Positions 27,332 through 38,132 of a stretch of 49,809 bases of DNA are shown here, in pieces (position 1 is the stretch's first letter; each line of letters opens with the position of its first letter). The notes under the pieces were generated by a model, which was not told the DNA's origin, did not search any database, and saw nothing but the letters and a program-made list of their open reading frames with translations. The DNA is from a virus (lineage: Duplodnaviria; Heunggongvirae; Uroviricota; Caudoviricetes): IMG/VR virus record IMGVR_UViG_2663762603_000001; one strand, written 5' to 3'. The translations under genes were made by a program, and so were the position numbers.

Positions 27332-28920
27332 AACGAACGCCTGTCCTGATTGATGTGAACGGCGTTCCGCTTCGGGAGAGCCTCAGCTACACCGGTGGCG
27401 GTGCAGGATTTGGCGGGCAAATGGCAGAGTGGTTGCCACCCTCGCAGAGTGCCGATGCGGCCCTGCTGCCCGCGTTGCGTCTGGGGAATGCCCGTGCAGA
27501 TGATCTGGTGCGCAATAACGGAATAGCGGCCAATGCGGTGGCCCTGCATAAGGATCACATTGTCGGGCATATGTTTCTGATTAGCTACCGTCCGAACTGG
27601 CGCTGGCTGGGGATGCGGGAGACCGCGGCAAAAAGTTTTGTCGATGAGGTGGAGGCGGCCTGGTCAGAATACGCAGAAGGGATGTTTGGTGAGATCGACG
27701 TGGAAGGGAAACGCACGTTTACGGAATTTATCCGTGAAGGTGTGGGCGTTCATGCGTTTAACGGCGAAATCTTTGTGCAGCCGGTCTGGGATACGGAGAG
27801 TACGCAACTGTTTCGTACGCGTTTTAAAGCCGTGAGTCCGAAACGGGTGGACACGCCAGGACACGGTATCGGGAACCGTTTTCTGCGGGCCGGTGTGGAG
27901 GTTGATCGATATGGCCGTGCCGTTGCGTACCATATCTGTGAGGATGATTTTCCTCGCTCCGGGAGTGGACGATGGGAACGGATCCCGCGTGAACTACCCA
28001 CCGGGCGTCCGGCCATGCTGCATATTTTCGAGCCGGTGGAGGACGGGCAGACCCGTGGAGCCAATCAGTTTTACAGCGTTATGGAACGGCTGAAGATGCT
28101 GGATTCCCTGCAGGCAACACAGCTTCAGTCGGCCATAGTGAAGGCGATGTATGCAGCGACGATTGAAAGTGACCTTGATACCGAAAAGGCCTTTGAATAT
28201 ATCGCCGGTGCGCCGCAGGGGCAGAAGGATAATCCGCTTATTAATATTCTGGATAAGTTCTCCACCTGGTATGACACGAATAGCGTGACGCTGGGCGGTG
28301 TCAAAATTCCGCACCTTTTCCCCGGTGATGATCTGAAACTTCAGACCGCGCAGGATTCAGACAATGGATTTTCGGCGCTTGAACAGGCGCTGCTGCGGTA
28401 TATCGCCGCCGGTCTTGGCGTTTCCTACGAACAGTTGTCCCGTGATTACTCGAAGGTCAGTTACTCAAGTGCCCGCGCATCCGCCAATGAGTCGTGGCGC
28501 TATTTTATGGGGCGGCGAAAATTTATTGCGTCCCGGCTGGCCACGCAGATGTTTTCCTGCTGGCTGGAAGAGGCACTTCTTCGGGGGATTATTCGTCCGC
28601 CACGGGCACGGTTTGATTTTTATCAGGCGCGATCAGCCTGGTCACGGGCTGAGTGGATTGGAGCCGGAAGAATGGCCATTGACGGGCTCAAGGAGGTTCA
28701 GGAATCAGTGATGCGCATTGAGGCCGGACTGAGCACGTATGAGAAAGAGCTGGCGCTGATGGGCGAGGATTATCAGGACATTTTCCGCCAGCAGGTCAGG
28801 GAATCTGCAGAGCGGGAAAAAGCCGGACTCTCACGTCCGGTGTGGATAGCGCAGGCGTATCAGCAGCAGATAGCGGAGAGTCGCAGGCCGGAAGAGGAGA
28901 CAACACCACGTGAGACGTAA
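27328..28920 (+). CDS. B: portal protein B
   Basis: 530 aa, lambda gpB-like. Confidence 0.9.
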   Translation: MKRTPVLIDVNGVPLRESLSYTGGGAGFGGQMAEWLPPSQSADAALLPALRLGNARADDLVRNNGIAANAVALHKDHIVGHMFLISYRPNWRWLGMRETAAKSFVDEVEAAWSEYAEGMFGEIDVEGKRTFTEFIREGVGVHAFNGEIFVQPVWDTESTQLFRTRFKAVSPKRVDTPGHGIGNRFLRAGVEVDRYGRAVAYHICEDDFPRSGSGRWERIPRELPTGRPAMLHIFEPVEDGQTRGANQFYSVMERLKMLDSLQATQLQSAIVKAMYAATIESDLDTEKAFEYIAGAPQGQKDNPLINILDKFSTWYDTNSVTLGGVKIPHLFPGDDLKLQTAQDSDNGFSALEQALLRYIAAGLGVSYEQLSRDYSKVSYSSARASANESWRYFMGRRKFIASRLATQMFSCWLEEALLRGIIRPPRARFDFYQARSAWSRAEWIGAGRMAIDGLKEVQESVMRIEAGLSTYEKELALMGEDYQDIFRQQVRESAEREKAGLSRPVWIAQAYQQQIAESRRPEEETTPRET

Positions 28921-30415
28921 TCTTTCACACATTATTGCAGCAGCATTCAATGAACCGCTGCTTCTGGAGCCCGCCTATGCGCGGGTTTTCTTTTGCGCGC
29001 TGGGGCGCGAGATGGGGGCAGCAAGTCTTTCGGTACCGCAACAGCAGGTACAGCTTGATGCTCCCGGGATGCTGGCTGAAACGGACGAGTACATGGCCGG
29101 AGGTAAACGACCGGCCCGTGTTTACCGGGTGGTGAACGGTATTGCGGTACTGCCGGTGACCGGCACGCTGGTGCACCGGCTGGGGGGGATGCGGCCATTT
29201 TCCGGAATGACTGGCTATGACGGCATTGTCGCCTGTCTTCAGCAGGCAATGGCAGATAGCCAGGTGCGGGGCATACTGCTGGACATTGACAGTCCGGGCG
29301 GGCAGGCCGCCGGCGCGTTTGACTGCGCTGACATGATTTACCGCCTCCGGCAGCAGAAGCCGGTTTGGGCACTGTGTAATGACACGGCCTGTTCTGCGGC
29401 CATGCTGCTGGCGTCGGCCTGCTCCCGACGGCTGGTTACCCAGACATCCCGTATCGGTTCCATTGGCGTGATGATGAGCCATGTCAGCTATGCCGGTCAT
29501 CTGGCGCAGGCCGGTGTGGATATCACGCTGATTTACTCAGGGGCGCACAAGGTGGATGGCAATCAGTTTGAAGCGTTGCCGGCAGAGGTTCGCCAGGACA
29601 TGCAGCAGCGGATTGATGCGGCGCGCCGGATGTTTGCCGAAAAAGTGGCGATGTTTACCGGTCTGTCTGTTGATGCAGTCACGGGAACAGAGGCCGCTGT
29701 TTTTGAAGGTCAGTCCGGCATTGAGGCCGGGCTGGCGGATGAATTAATCAATGCGTCGGATGCCATCAGTGTGATGGCCACGGCGCTGAACAGTAATGTC
29801 AGAGGAGGCACTATGCCGCAATTAACTGCAACGGAAGCCGCCGTGCAGGAGAACCAGCGAGTGATGGGGATCCTGACATGCCAGGAAGCGAAAGGACGTG
29901 AACAGCTTGCCACGATGCTGGCAGGGCAACAGGGCATGAGCGTTGAACAGGCCCGGGCGATTCTGGCCGCGGCGGCACCGCAGCAGCCGGTGGCATCCGC
30001 GCAGAGTGAAGCCGATCGCATTATGGCGTGTGAAGAAGCGAACGGTCGTGAACAACTGGCGGCAACGCTGGCGGCGATGCCGGAGATGACGGTGGAAAAA
30101 GCCCGCCCGATCCTGGCGGCTGCACCACTGGCGGATGCCGGGCCCTCACTTCGTGATCAGATCATGGCCCTGGATGAGGCAAAAGGGGCAGAAGCGCAGG
30201 CTGAAAAACTGGCGGCCTGCCCGGGAATGACCGTGGAGAACGCCCGGGCTGTGCTGGCTGCGGGATCAGGTAAGGCCGAACCGGTCTCTGCATCCACAAC
30301 CGCCCTGTTTGAACATTTCATGGCGAATCATTCACCGGCAGCGGTGCGGGGTGGCGTGTCACAGACGTCAGCAGACGGTGATGCGGACGTGAAAATGCTC
30401 ATGGCCATGCCATGA
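28910..30415 (+). CDS. C: head maturation protease / scaffold (S49 ClpP-like, lambda C/Nu3-type) with three C-terminal ~40-aa tandem repeats
   Basis: 501 aa; S49 peptidase-like core; repeats (I/L)xxxEAKGREQLAxxLAxxxGMxVExARxILAA x3. Confidence 0.85.
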   Translation: MRRNLSHIIAAAFNEPLLLEPAYARVFFCALGREMGAASLSVPQQQVQLDAPGMLAETDEYMAGGKRPARVYRVVNGIAVLPVTGTLVHRLGGMRPFSGMTGYDGIVACLQQAMADSQVRGILLDIDSPGGQAAGAFDCADMIYRLRQQKPVWALCNDTACSAAMLLASACSRRLVTQTSRIGSIGVMMSHVSYAGHLAQAGVDITLIYSGAHKVDGNQFEALPAEVRQDMQQRIDAARRMFAEKVAMFTGLSVDAVTGTEAAVFEGQSGIEAGLADELINASDAISVMATALNSNVRGGTMPQLTATEAAVQENQRVMGILTCQEAKGREQLATMLAGQQGMSVEQARAILAAAAPQQPVASAQSEADRIMACEEANGREQLAATLAAMPEMTVEKARPILAAAPLADAGPSLRDQIMALDEAKGAEAQAEKLAACPGMTVENARAVLAAGSGKAEPVSASTTALFEHFMANHSPAAVRGGVSQTSADGDADVKMLMAMP

Positions 30416-30451
30416 AGTCAGTGCTGACCATCAATATGAGGTTTTAACAAA

Positions 30452-30799
30452 ATGGTGACGAAAACCATCACTGAACAGCGTGCGGAAGTACGTATTTTTG
30501 CCGGTAATGATCCGGCTCATACCGCCACAGGCAGCAGCGGGATTTCTTCTGCAACACCGGCTCTGACGCCCCTGATGCTGGATGAAGCCACCGGGAAACT
30601 GGTGGTCTGGGATGGACAGAAAGCCGGTAGTGCGGTTGGCATACTGGTACTGCCGCTTGAAGGCACAGAGACGGTGCTGACCTATTACAAGTCGGGGACC
30701 TTTGCGACGGAGGCAATCCGCTGGCCTGACAGTGTGGATGAACACAAAAAGGCAAATGCCTTTGCCGGCACAGCCCTGAGTCACACGGCTCTGCCGTAA
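30452..30799 (+). CDS. D: head decoration protein D
   Basis: 115 aa; DPAHTAT…TPLMLD…YKSGTF…AFAGTA matches lambda gpD. Confidence 0.85.
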   Translation: MVTKTITEQRAEVRIFAGNDPAHTATGSSGISSATPALTPLMLDEATGKLVVWDGQKAGSAVGILVLPLEGTETVLTYYKSGTFATEAIRWPDSVDEHKKANAFAGTALSHTALP

Positions 30800-30856
30800 C
30801 ACGTTATCAGGCCACCATGGCGGCCTGACTGATTTCTGAATGAAAGGAACTGATTT

Positions 30857-31885
30857 ATGGGATTGTTTACGACCCGCCAGTTACTCGGTTATACCGAACA
30901 AAAAGTGAAATTTCGTGCGCTGTTTCTGGAGCTGTTTTTCCGCCGTACGGTGAATTTCCACACCGAAGAGGTGATGCTGGACAAAATTACCGGAAAAACG
31001 CCGGTGGCGGCCTATGTCTCCCCGATCGTTGAAGGAAAAGTGCTTCGCCATCGCGGTGGTGAAACCCGCGTGTTACGTCCGGGCTACGTCAAGCCCAAAC
31101 ACGAATTTAATTACCAGCAGGCGGTTGAGCGCCTTCCTGGTGAAGATCCGGCTCAGCTGAACGACCCGGCCTACCGTCGTCTGCGTATCATTACCGATAA
31201 CCTCAAACAGGAAGAGCACGCCATTGTCCAGGTGGAAGAAATGCAGGCGGTGAATGCCGTGCTGTATGGCAAATACACCATGGAAGGGGATCAGTTTGAT
31301 ACTGTCGAGGTGGATTTCGGGCGCTCTGAAGGAAATAACATTGAGCAGGCTGACGGTAAAAAATGGTCTGAGCAGGACCGTGATACGTTTGATCCGACGC
31401 ATGATATTGACCTCTACTGCGATCAGGCCAGCGGCCTTGTGAATATCGCCATTATGGACGGTACGGTCTGGCGTCTGCTGAATGGCTTTAAGCTGTTCCG
31501 CGAAAAACTGGATACCCGTCGCGGCTCAAATTCACAACTCGAAACGGCAGTGAAAGATCTGGGCGCAGTGGTGTCCTTCAAGGGGTATTACGGCGATCTG
31601 GCCATTGTGGTGGCGAAAACGTCTTATGTGGCAGAGGACGGTACCGAAAAACGTTATCTGCCGGAGGGCATGCTGGTGCTGGGGAATACGGCGGCAGAGG
31701 GGATTCGTTGCTATGGTGCCATTAAGGATGCACAGGCGTTGTCTGAAGGAGTGGTGGCTTCTTCCCGTTACCCGAAACACTGGCTGACCGTGGGCGATCC
31801 GTCCTGTGAATTCACCATGACGCAGTCCGCTCCGCTGATGGTGCTGCCGGATCCGGATGAGTTTGTGGTGGTACAGGTGAAATAA
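30857..31885 (+). CDS. E: major capsid protein E
   Basis: 342 aa colinear with lambda gpE (…YVSPIV.G.V.R.RGG…PGYVKPKHE…). Confidence 0.9.
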   Translation: MGLFTTRQLLGYTEQKVKFRALFLELFFRRTVNFHTEEVMLDKITGKTPVAAYVSPIVEGKVLRHRGGETRVLRPGYVKPKHEFNYQQAVERLPGEDPAQLNDPAYRRLRIITDNLKQEEHAIVQVEEMQAVNAVLYGKYTMEGDQFDTVEVDFGRSEGNNIEQADGKKWSEQDRDTFDPTHDIDLYCDQASGLVNIAIMDGTVWRLLNGFKLFREKLDTRRGSNSQLETAVKDLGAVVSFKGYYGDLAIVVAKTSYVAEDGTEKRYLPEGMLVLGNTAAEGIRCYGAIKDAQALSEGVVASSRYPKHWLTVGDPSCEFTMTQSAPLMVLPDPDEFVVVQVK

Positions 31886-31936
31886 TCCGTGAGCGGGGGC
31901 GAAATGCCCCCGTGTCTTTTTTCACAGGAGGCTGAG

Positions 31937-32320
31937 ATGGCAACAAAAGAAGAAAATCTGAATCGTCTTCGTCAACTGGCTGGCCTGCTGGGGCGCGAGG
32001 CGGATATGTCGGGGAGTGCTGCGGATATTGCTCAACGTGTGTCTGAGTGGGAAGAGGAGCTTGCTGTTTCCCCGGAGGGCATTATGCACTCTGATGAGAG
32101 CGGGGCTGATCAAAATCACACAGACGATGGTGAGCAGTTGAACAACACGGATGCTCCGGATGATGTTAAAGCCGTCCGGGTACGGAAGTGCCTGCAAGTA
32201 ATGGGGTATTGCCCGGAGACAGGTCGTCCCGTTGAGCTGGCGTTACGGGGTATGCGTGTTCTGGTGCCATCATCACTGGCAACGGCCATGATACAGCACG
32301 GAACGGCTGAATATGCGTGA
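31937..32320 (+). CDS. FI: DNA packaging protein FI
   Basis: about 127 aa from internal Met (MATKEENLNRL…); start inferred from ORF-track frame, could be off by 1 nt against my reading of the raw sequence. Confidence 0.65.
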   Translation: MATKEENLNRLRQLAGLLGREADMSGSAADIAQRVSEWEEELAVSPEGIMHSDESGADQNHTDDGEQLNNTDAPDDVKAVRVRKCLQVMGYCPETGRPVELALRGMRVLVPSSLATAMIQHGTAEYA

Positions 32321-32666
32321 TTTTCAGAATGCCTTTGATGCTGCCCTCGCCGGGGTAGACAGTACGATCGTTGAAGTGATGGGGCTCTGTGCGCAGTTCA
32401 CCTCGGGGGCACAGTGTGGCAGCGAAGTTCAGGGGGTTTTTGATGATCCGGAGTCGCTGGGGTTTGCCGGTGGCGGGGTCCGTATTGAAGGAAGCAGCCC
32501 GTCATTATTTGTGCGGACGGATACGGTTCGTGCCGTGCGGCGTGGTGACACGCTGACCATTAATGGTGAGATATTCTGGGTGGATCGTGTTTCTCCGGAT
32601 GACGGGGGCAGCTGTTATCTCTGGCTCAACCGTGGTCAACCACCCGCAGTTAACCGGCGACGATAA
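32313..32666 (+). CDS. FII: head-tail joining protein FII
   Basis: 117 aa; …GVRIEGSSPSLFVRTD…VSPDDGGSCYLWLNRGQPPAVNRRR matches lambda FII. Confidence 0.85.
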   Translation: MRDFQNAFDAALAGVDSTIVEVMGLCAQFTSGAQCGSEVQGVFDDPESLGFAGGGVRIEGSSPSLFVRTDTVRAVRRGDTLTINGEIFWVDRVSPDDGGSCYLWLNRGQPPAVNRRR

Positions 32667-32681
32667 ACGCAGGGTGAAATT

Positions 32682-33215
32682 ATGGCGATAAAAGGGCTTG
32701 ATCAGGCGATTGACAATCTGAGCCGGGTTCGTAAAAACGCCATTCCGGCGGCTTCAGCAATGGCCATTAACCGCGTGGCCACAACGGCGATTAATCAGTC
32801 TTCATCACAGGTTGCCCGGGAGACAAAGGTTCGCCGGAAACTGGTTAAGGAACGGTCCAGACTGAAACGGGCGACGGTCAGAAATCCGAATGCCAGAATT
32901 ATCGTTAACCGCGGTGATCTCCCTGTGATTAAGCTGGGGATCAGGATGCTGGGGCGTCGCCCGAACAGCATACTTAAAGCCGGTCAGCATCGGTATCAGC
33001 GGGCATTTATTCAGCGATTAAAAAATGGTCGCTGGCATGTCATGCAGCGTGTGGCCGGGAAAAACCGTTACCCCATTGATGTGGTGAAAATCCCGATGGC
33101 GGCCCCACTGAAACAGGCATTTGATGAGAATGTTGACCGTATCCGGCGTGAACGCCTGCCTAAAGAACTGGCATACGCGCTGAAACAACAACTGAGGATT
33201 GCAATAAAACGATGA
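32682..33215 (+). CDS. Z: tail completion protein Z
   Basis: 177 aa, position and size as lambda Z. Confidence 0.8.
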   Translation: MAIKGLDQAIDNLSRVRKNAIPAASAMAINRVATTAINQSSSQVARETKVRRKLVKERSRLKRATVRNPNARIIVNRGDLPVIKLGIRMLGRRPNSILKAGQHRYQRAFIQRLKNGRWHVMQRVAGKNRYPIDVVKIPMAAPLKQAFDENVDRIRRERLPKELAYALKQQLRIAIKR

Positions 33216-33607
33216 AACACACTGACATTCGTGCCGCAGTGCTGGATGCACTCGAGCAGCATGAACACGGGGCGACGCTGTTTGATGGTCGCCCCGTTGT
33301 TTTTGACGAAGAGGATTTTCCTGCGATCGCGGTTTATCTGACGGATGCAGAGTATACCGGTGAAGAGCTGGATGCAGATACCTGGCGGGCCACGCTGCAT
33401 ATTGAGGTGTTTTTACCGGCACAGGTACCGGATTCAGAGCTTGATCAGTGGATGGAAAGCCGGATTTACCCGGCGATGACCGCGATCCCGGCACTGGCAG
33501 GACTGATTACCACGATGGTTACGCAGGGCTATGAGTATCGTCGTGATGACGATATGGCGTTATGGAGTTCTGCAGATCTGACTTATTCCATTACATACGA
33601 GATGTGA
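33212..33607 (+). CDS. U: tail terminator protein U
   Basis: 131 aa, lambda U-like. Confidence 0.85.
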   Translation: MKHTDIRAAVLDALEQHEHGATLFDGRPVVFDEEDFPAIAVYLTDAEYTGEELDADTWRATLHIEVFLPAQVPDSELDQWMESRIYPAMTAIPALAGLITTMVTQGYEYRRDDDMALWSSADLTYSITYEM

Positions 33608-33614
33608 GGACGAT

Positions 33615-34367
33615 ATGGCAACACCAAATCCCCTTGAGCCGGTAAAAGGTGCCGGTACCACTCTGTGGGTTTACAACGGCAAGGGTGATGCTTATGCAAA
33701 CCCGTTGTCAGACGATGACTGGCAGCGACTGGCTAAGGTGAAGGATCTGACGCCGGGCGAGATGACGGCAGAATCCTACGATGATAACTACCTGGATGAT
33801 GAAGACGCGGACTGGACCGCGACCGGGCAGGGGCAGAAATCTGCAGGTGATACCAGTTTTACGCTGGCCTGGAAACCGGGAGAGGAAGGCCAGAAAGGGC
33901 TTATAGGCTGGTTTGAAAGCGGCGATGTCCGGGCCTATAAAATCCGTTTTCCGAATGGCACGGTGGATGTGTTTCGTGGCTGGGTCAGCAGTATCGGTAA
34001 GGCCGTGACGGCGAAAGAAGTGATCACCCGCACGGTGAAAGTCACTAACGTGGGTAAACCTTCTGTAGCGGAAGAACGCAGCAAAATTACGCCGGTCAGT
34101 GCGATTAAGGTGACGCCGACATCCGGTACGGTGGCAAAAGGGAAAACAACCACCCTGACGGTTTCTTTTGAGCCGGAAAGTGCAACCGACAAGACGTTCA
34201 GAGCGGTTTCCGCCGATCCGTCGAAAGCCACCATTAGTGTGAAAGATATGACAATTACGGTAAACGGCGTGGCGACAGGTAAGGTGCAGATCCCTGTGGT
34301 GAGCGGAAATGGTCAGTTCGCCGCAGTGGCTGAAGTCACCGTTACTGAAGCGGGCGCTGCAGGGTAA
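33615..34367 (+). CDS. V: major tail protein V (with C-terminal Ig-like domain)
   Basis: 250 aa, lambda V-like; C-terminal Big_2-like segment. Confidence 0.9.
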   Translation: MATPNPLEPVKGAGTTLWVYNGKGDAYANPLSDDDWQRLAKVKDLTPGEMTAESYDDNYLDDEDADWTATGQGQKSAGDTSFTLAWKPGEEGQKGLIGWFESGDVRAYKIRFPNGTVDVFRGWVSSIGKAVTAKEVITRTVKVTNVGKPSVAEERSKITPVSAIKVTPTSGTVAKGKTTTLTVSFEPESATDKTFRAVSADPSKATISVKDMTITVNGVATGKVQIPVVSGNGQFAAVAEVTVTEAGAAG

Positions 34368-34380
34368 ACGGAGGTAATAC

Positions 34381-34812
34381 ATGTTTCTGAAAACAGAACA
34401 ATTTGAATATAACGGTGTGTCTGTCACGCTTTCCGAATTGTCTGCGCTGCAGCGTATCGAGCATCTTGCCCTCCTGAAACGGCGTGCAGAACAGGCAGAA
34501 TCCTGCGGCAACCTGCAGGTAAGCGTGGAAGATCTCGTCAGAACCGGCGCGTTTCTGGTGGCGATGTCCCTGTGGCATAACCATCCACAGAAAACGCAGT
34601 CACCGTCAATGAATGAGGCCGTGATGAAGATAGAGCAGGAAGTGCTCACCACCTGGCCTGCCGATGCCATTGCCCGGGCGGAAGACGTGGTGTTGTGCCT
34701 GTCCGGGATGATCGAAGCTGTTCGTCCGGATACTGATATTACTGAAGTGGCGAAAAATAACACGCTGACTGATGATGATTTTTCTGCGGGAAAGTCTTCG
34801 ACGGCGAGCTGA
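34381..34812 (+). CDS. G: tail assembly chaperone G
   Basis: 143 aa, lambda G-like; ends just after slippery site. Confidence 0.9.
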   Translation: MFLKTEQFEYNGVSVTLSELSALQRIEHLALLKRRAEQAESCGNLQVSVEDLVRTGAFLVAMSLWHNHPQKTQSPSMNEAVMKIEQEVLTTWPADAIARAEDVVLCLSGMIEAVRPDTDITEVAKNNTLTDDDFSAGKSSTAS

Positions 34813-35252
34813 ACTTTGCCCTCAGACTGGCGCGTGAGATGGGGAGACCCGACTGGCGCGCCATGCTTGCCGGGATGACATCCACCGAATATGCCGACTG
34901 GCACCGTTTTTACCGCACGCATTATTTTCAGGATACCCAGCTGGATATGCATTTTTCCGGGCTGACGTACGCTGTACTCAGCCTGTTTTTTTGCGATCCG
35001 GATATGCATCCCTCTGATTTCAGTCTGCTTGTCCCCCGGCATGAGGAAGAGCAGGTGGAGAGGCCGGATGAGGACAAAATGCTGATGCAGAAAGCGGCAG
35101 GACTTGCCGGAGGCGTCCGGTTCGGTGGGGACGGAGGGCGCGATATTTTATCGTCTGCGGATGTGGCGGATGTCATGGTGGATGATGCCGCATTAATGAT
35201 GGCTTCAGCGGGGATTCCGGGAGGTGTGAGATATGTCCCAGCCGGTTGGTGA
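34381..35252 (+). CDS. G-T: tail assembly chaperone G-T fusion via programmed -1 frameshift at G_GGA_AAG (34788-34794)
   Basis: slippery heptamer GGGAAAG in zero frame G GGA AAG as in lambda; -1 frame continues through ORF 34839..35252. Confidence 0.8.
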
Positions 35253-37806
35253 TCTTGTTATTGACCTGAGTCTGGATGCTGTCCGTTTCGATGAGCAGAT
35301 GAGCCGGGTAAGGCGTCATTTTTCAGGTCTGGATACCGACGCCAGAAAAACCGCCAGTGCTGTTGAACAGGGCCTGAGCCGCCAGGCGCTGGCTGCACAA
35401 AAAGCCGGGATTTCCGTCGGGCAGTATAAAGCGGCCATGCGAACCCTGCCCGCACAGTTTACGGATATCGCCACGCAGCTTGCAGGTGGTCAGAATCCCT
35501 GGCTGATCCTGCTGCAACAGGGCGGTCAGGTGAAGGACTCCTTCGGCGGGATGATCCCCATGTTCAGGGGGCTTGCCGGTGCGATCACCCTGCCGATGGT
35601 CGGGGTCACCTCGCTGGCGGTGGCGACAGGTGCGCTGGTGTACGCCTGGTACCAGGGAGATTCCACGCTTTCAGCGTTTAATAAAACCCTGGTTCTTTCC
35701 GGTAATCAGTCCGGACTGACTGCCGATCGTATGCTGACTCTCTCAAGAGCCGGGCAGGCAGCAGGGCTGACGTTTAACCAGGCGAGAGAGTCACTGGCAG
35801 CCCTGGTGAATGCCGGTGTGCGTGGTGGTGAACAGTTTGATGCCATCAACCAGAGTGTCGCGCGTTTTGCGTCTGCATCCGGTGTGGAGGTGGATAAAGT
35901 CGCTGAAGCCTTCGGGAAGCTGACCACTGACCCGACGTCGGGACTGATGGCGATGGCGCGCCAGTTCCGTAACGTGACGGCAGAGCAGATTGCGTATGTT
36001 GCACAGCTGCAGCGTTCCGGAGACGAGGCCGGGGCATTGCAGGCGGCGAACGATATCGCCACGAAAGGCTTTGATGAGCAGACCCGTCGCCTGAAAGAAA
36101 ACATGGGAACACTGGAGACCTGGGCGGATAAAACAGGGAAGGCATTCAAATCGATGTGGGATGCCATTCTGGATATCGGTCGTCCTGAATCCTCAGCGGA
36201 TATGCTCGCCAGTGCGCAGAAGGCATTTGATGAGGCGGATAAAAAATGGCAGTGGTACCAGAGTCGGAGCCAGCGCCGGGGAAAGACCTCCTCTTTTCGT
36301 GCGAACCTTCAGGGGGCATGGGATGACCGGGAAAATGCCCGTCTGGGTCTGGCAGCGGCCACGCTGCAGTCGGATATGGAAAAAGCCGGTGAACTGGCGG
36401 CAAGGGACCGGGCTGAGCGTGAGGCGTCACAGCTGAAGTATACCGGAGAGGCGCAGAAGGCGTATGAGCGCCTGCAGACGCCGCTGGATAAATATACCGC
36501 CCGTCAGAAAGAGCTGAATAAGGCCCTGAAAGACGGAAAAATCCTGCAGGCGGATTACAACACGCTGATGGCGTCGGCAAAAAAGGATTATGAATCGACG
36601 CTGAAAAAGCCGTCAGGTGTGAAGGTGTCTGCCGGTGAGCGCCAGGAAGACCGGGCGCATGCAGCCATGCTGGCGCTTGAAACCGAGCTCAGGACGCTGG
36701 AAAAACACAGCGGTGTGAATGAGAAAATCAGCCAGCAGCGCCGGGATTTATGGGAAGCGGAAAATCAGTATGTGGTCCTGAAAGAGGCCGCCACGAAACG
36801 GCAGTTATCTGAGCAGGAAAAATCCCTGCTGGCTCATGAGAAAGAGACGCTGGAGTACAAACGCCAGCTGGCTGAGCTGGGAGACAAGATTGAACACCAG
36901 AAGCGGCTGAATGAGCTGGCACAGCAGGCGGCGCGGTTTGAACAGCAGCAGAGCGCGAAGCAGGCGGCAATCAGCGCAAAAGCCCGCGGCCTCACTGACC
37001 GTCAGGCGCAGCGGGAGTCGGAAGAGCAGCGCCTTCGTGAGGTGTACGGTGATAATCCGGCTGCGCTGGCGAAGGCCACATCTGCACTGAAGAACACCTG
37101 GTCTGCGGAGGAGCAGCTTCGTGGAAGCTGGATGGCCGGGATGAAGTCCGGCTGGGGCGAGTGGGCGGAAAGTGCGACGGACAGTTTTTCGCAGGTTAAA
37201 AACGCGGCCACGCAGACCTTTGACGGTATTGCACAGAATATGGCGGCGATGCTGACCGGCAGCGAACAGAACTGGCGTGGTTTCACCCGTTCTGTGCTGT
37301 CCATGCTGACAGAGATTTTTCTGAAGCAGGCGATGGTGGGGATAGTCGGGAGTATCGGCAGCGCCATTGGCGGTGCTTTCGGTGGTGGTGCGTCTGCCTC
37401 CACGGGGACGGCCATTCAGGCTGCGGCGGCGAACTTCCATTTCGCGACCGGGGGATTTACGGGGACGGGGGGGAAATATGAACCTGCGGGGATTGTTCAT
37501 CGCGGGGAGTTTGTCTTCACGAAGGAGGCGACCAGCCGGATTGGCGTGGGAAATCTTTACCGGCTGATGCGCGGCTATGCCACCGGCGGTTATGTCGGTG
37601 GCACCGGAAGTCCGGCGCAAATGCGGCGTTCAGAGGGTATCAGATTTGAGCAGAACAACAACGTGGTGATTCAGAACGACGGTACGAATGGTCTGCCAGG
37701 TCCACAGATGCTGAAGGCAGTGTATGACATGGCCCGCAAGGGTGCCCGTGATGAAATTCAGGCACAGATGCGCGATGGTGGTCTGTTCTCCGGAGGTGGA
37801 CGATGA
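35233..37806 (+). CDS. H: tail tape measure protein H
   Basis: 857 aa, coiled-coil-rich, follows G-T. Confidence 0.9.
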   Translation: MSQPVGDLVIDLSLDAVRFDEQMSRVRRHFSGLDTDARKTASAVEQGLSRQALAAQKAGISVGQYKAAMRTLPAQFTDIATQLAGGQNPWLILLQQGGQVKDSFGGMIPMFRGLAGAITLPMVGVTSLAVATGALVYAWYQGDSTLSAFNKTLVLSGNQSGLTADRMLTLSRAGQAAGLTFNQARESLAALVNAGVRGGEQFDAINQSVARFASASGVEVDKVAEAFGKLTTDPTSGLMAMARQFRNVTAEQIAYVAQLQRSGDEAGALQAANDIATKGFDEQTRRLKENMGTLETWADKTGKAFKSMWDAILDIGRPESSADMLASAQKAFDEADKKWQWYQSRSQRRGKTSSFRANLQGAWDDRENARLGLAAATLQSDMEKAGELAARDRAEREASQLKYTGEAQKAYERLQTPLDKYTARQKELNKALKDGKILQADYNTLMASAKKDYESTLKKPSGVKVSAGERQEDRAHAAMLALETELRTLEKHSGVNEKISQQRRDLWEAENQYVVLKEAATKRQLSEQEKSLLAHEKETLEYKRQLAELGDKIEHQKRLNELAQQAARFEQQQSAKQAAISAKARGLTDRQAQRESEEQRLREVYGDNPAALAKATSALKNTWSAEEQLRGSWMAGMKSGWGEWAESATDSFSQVKNAATQTFDGIAQNMAAMLTGSEQNWRGFTRSVLSMLTEIFLKQAMVGIVGSIGSAIGGAFGGGASASTGTAIQAAAANFHFATGGFTGTGGKYEPAGIVHRGEFVFTKEATSRIGVGNLYRLMRGYATGGYVGGTGSPAQMRRSEGIRFEQNNNVVIQNDGTNGLPGPQMLKAVYDMARKGARDEIQAQMRDGGLFSGGGR

Positions 37807-38132
37807 AGACCTTCCACTGGAAAGTGAAACCCGGTATGGATGTGGCTTCAGCCCCTTCCGTCAGGAAAGTGCGCTTTGGTGATGGCTATTCCCAGCGAGC
37901 GCCTGCCGGGCTGAATGCCGACCTGAAAACGTACAGCGTGACGCTTTCTGTTCCCCGTTGGGAGGCCACGGCGCTTGAGTCGTTTCTGGCTGAGCACGGG
38001 GGCTGGAAATCCTTTCTGTGGACGCCGCCTTATGAGTGGCGGCAGATAAAGGTGACCTGCGCAAAATGGTCGTCGCGGGTCAGTATGCTGCGTGTTGAGT
38101 TCAGCGCAGAGTTTGAACAGGTGGTGAACTGA
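37803..38132 (+). CDS. M: minor tail protein M
   Basis: 109 aa, lambda M-like. Confidence 0.85.
   Translation: MKTFHWKVKPGMDVASAPSVRKVRFGDGYSQRAPAGLNADLKTYSVTLSVPRWEATALESFLAEHGGWKSFLWTPPYEWRQIKVTCAKWSSRVSMLRVEFSAEFEQVVN

Noticed and set aside
28925-30055. Minus-strand ORFs (28925..29500, 28947..29372, 29710..30021, 29822..30055) within head protease/scaffold gene C
   Set aside because: Antisense to a conserved S49-protease/scaffold gene in GC-rich DNA; Arg/Pro/Cys-rich translations.
33708-35042. 444-aa minus-strand ORF spanning V, G and T
   Set aside because: Antisense to three conserved tail genes; no ribosome-binding site context; composition typical of a shadow ORF.
36805-37620. 271-aa and other minus-strand ORFs inside tape measure gene H (also 35706..36167, 36146..36580)
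   Set aside because: Antisense to a conserved tape measure gene; no independent support.
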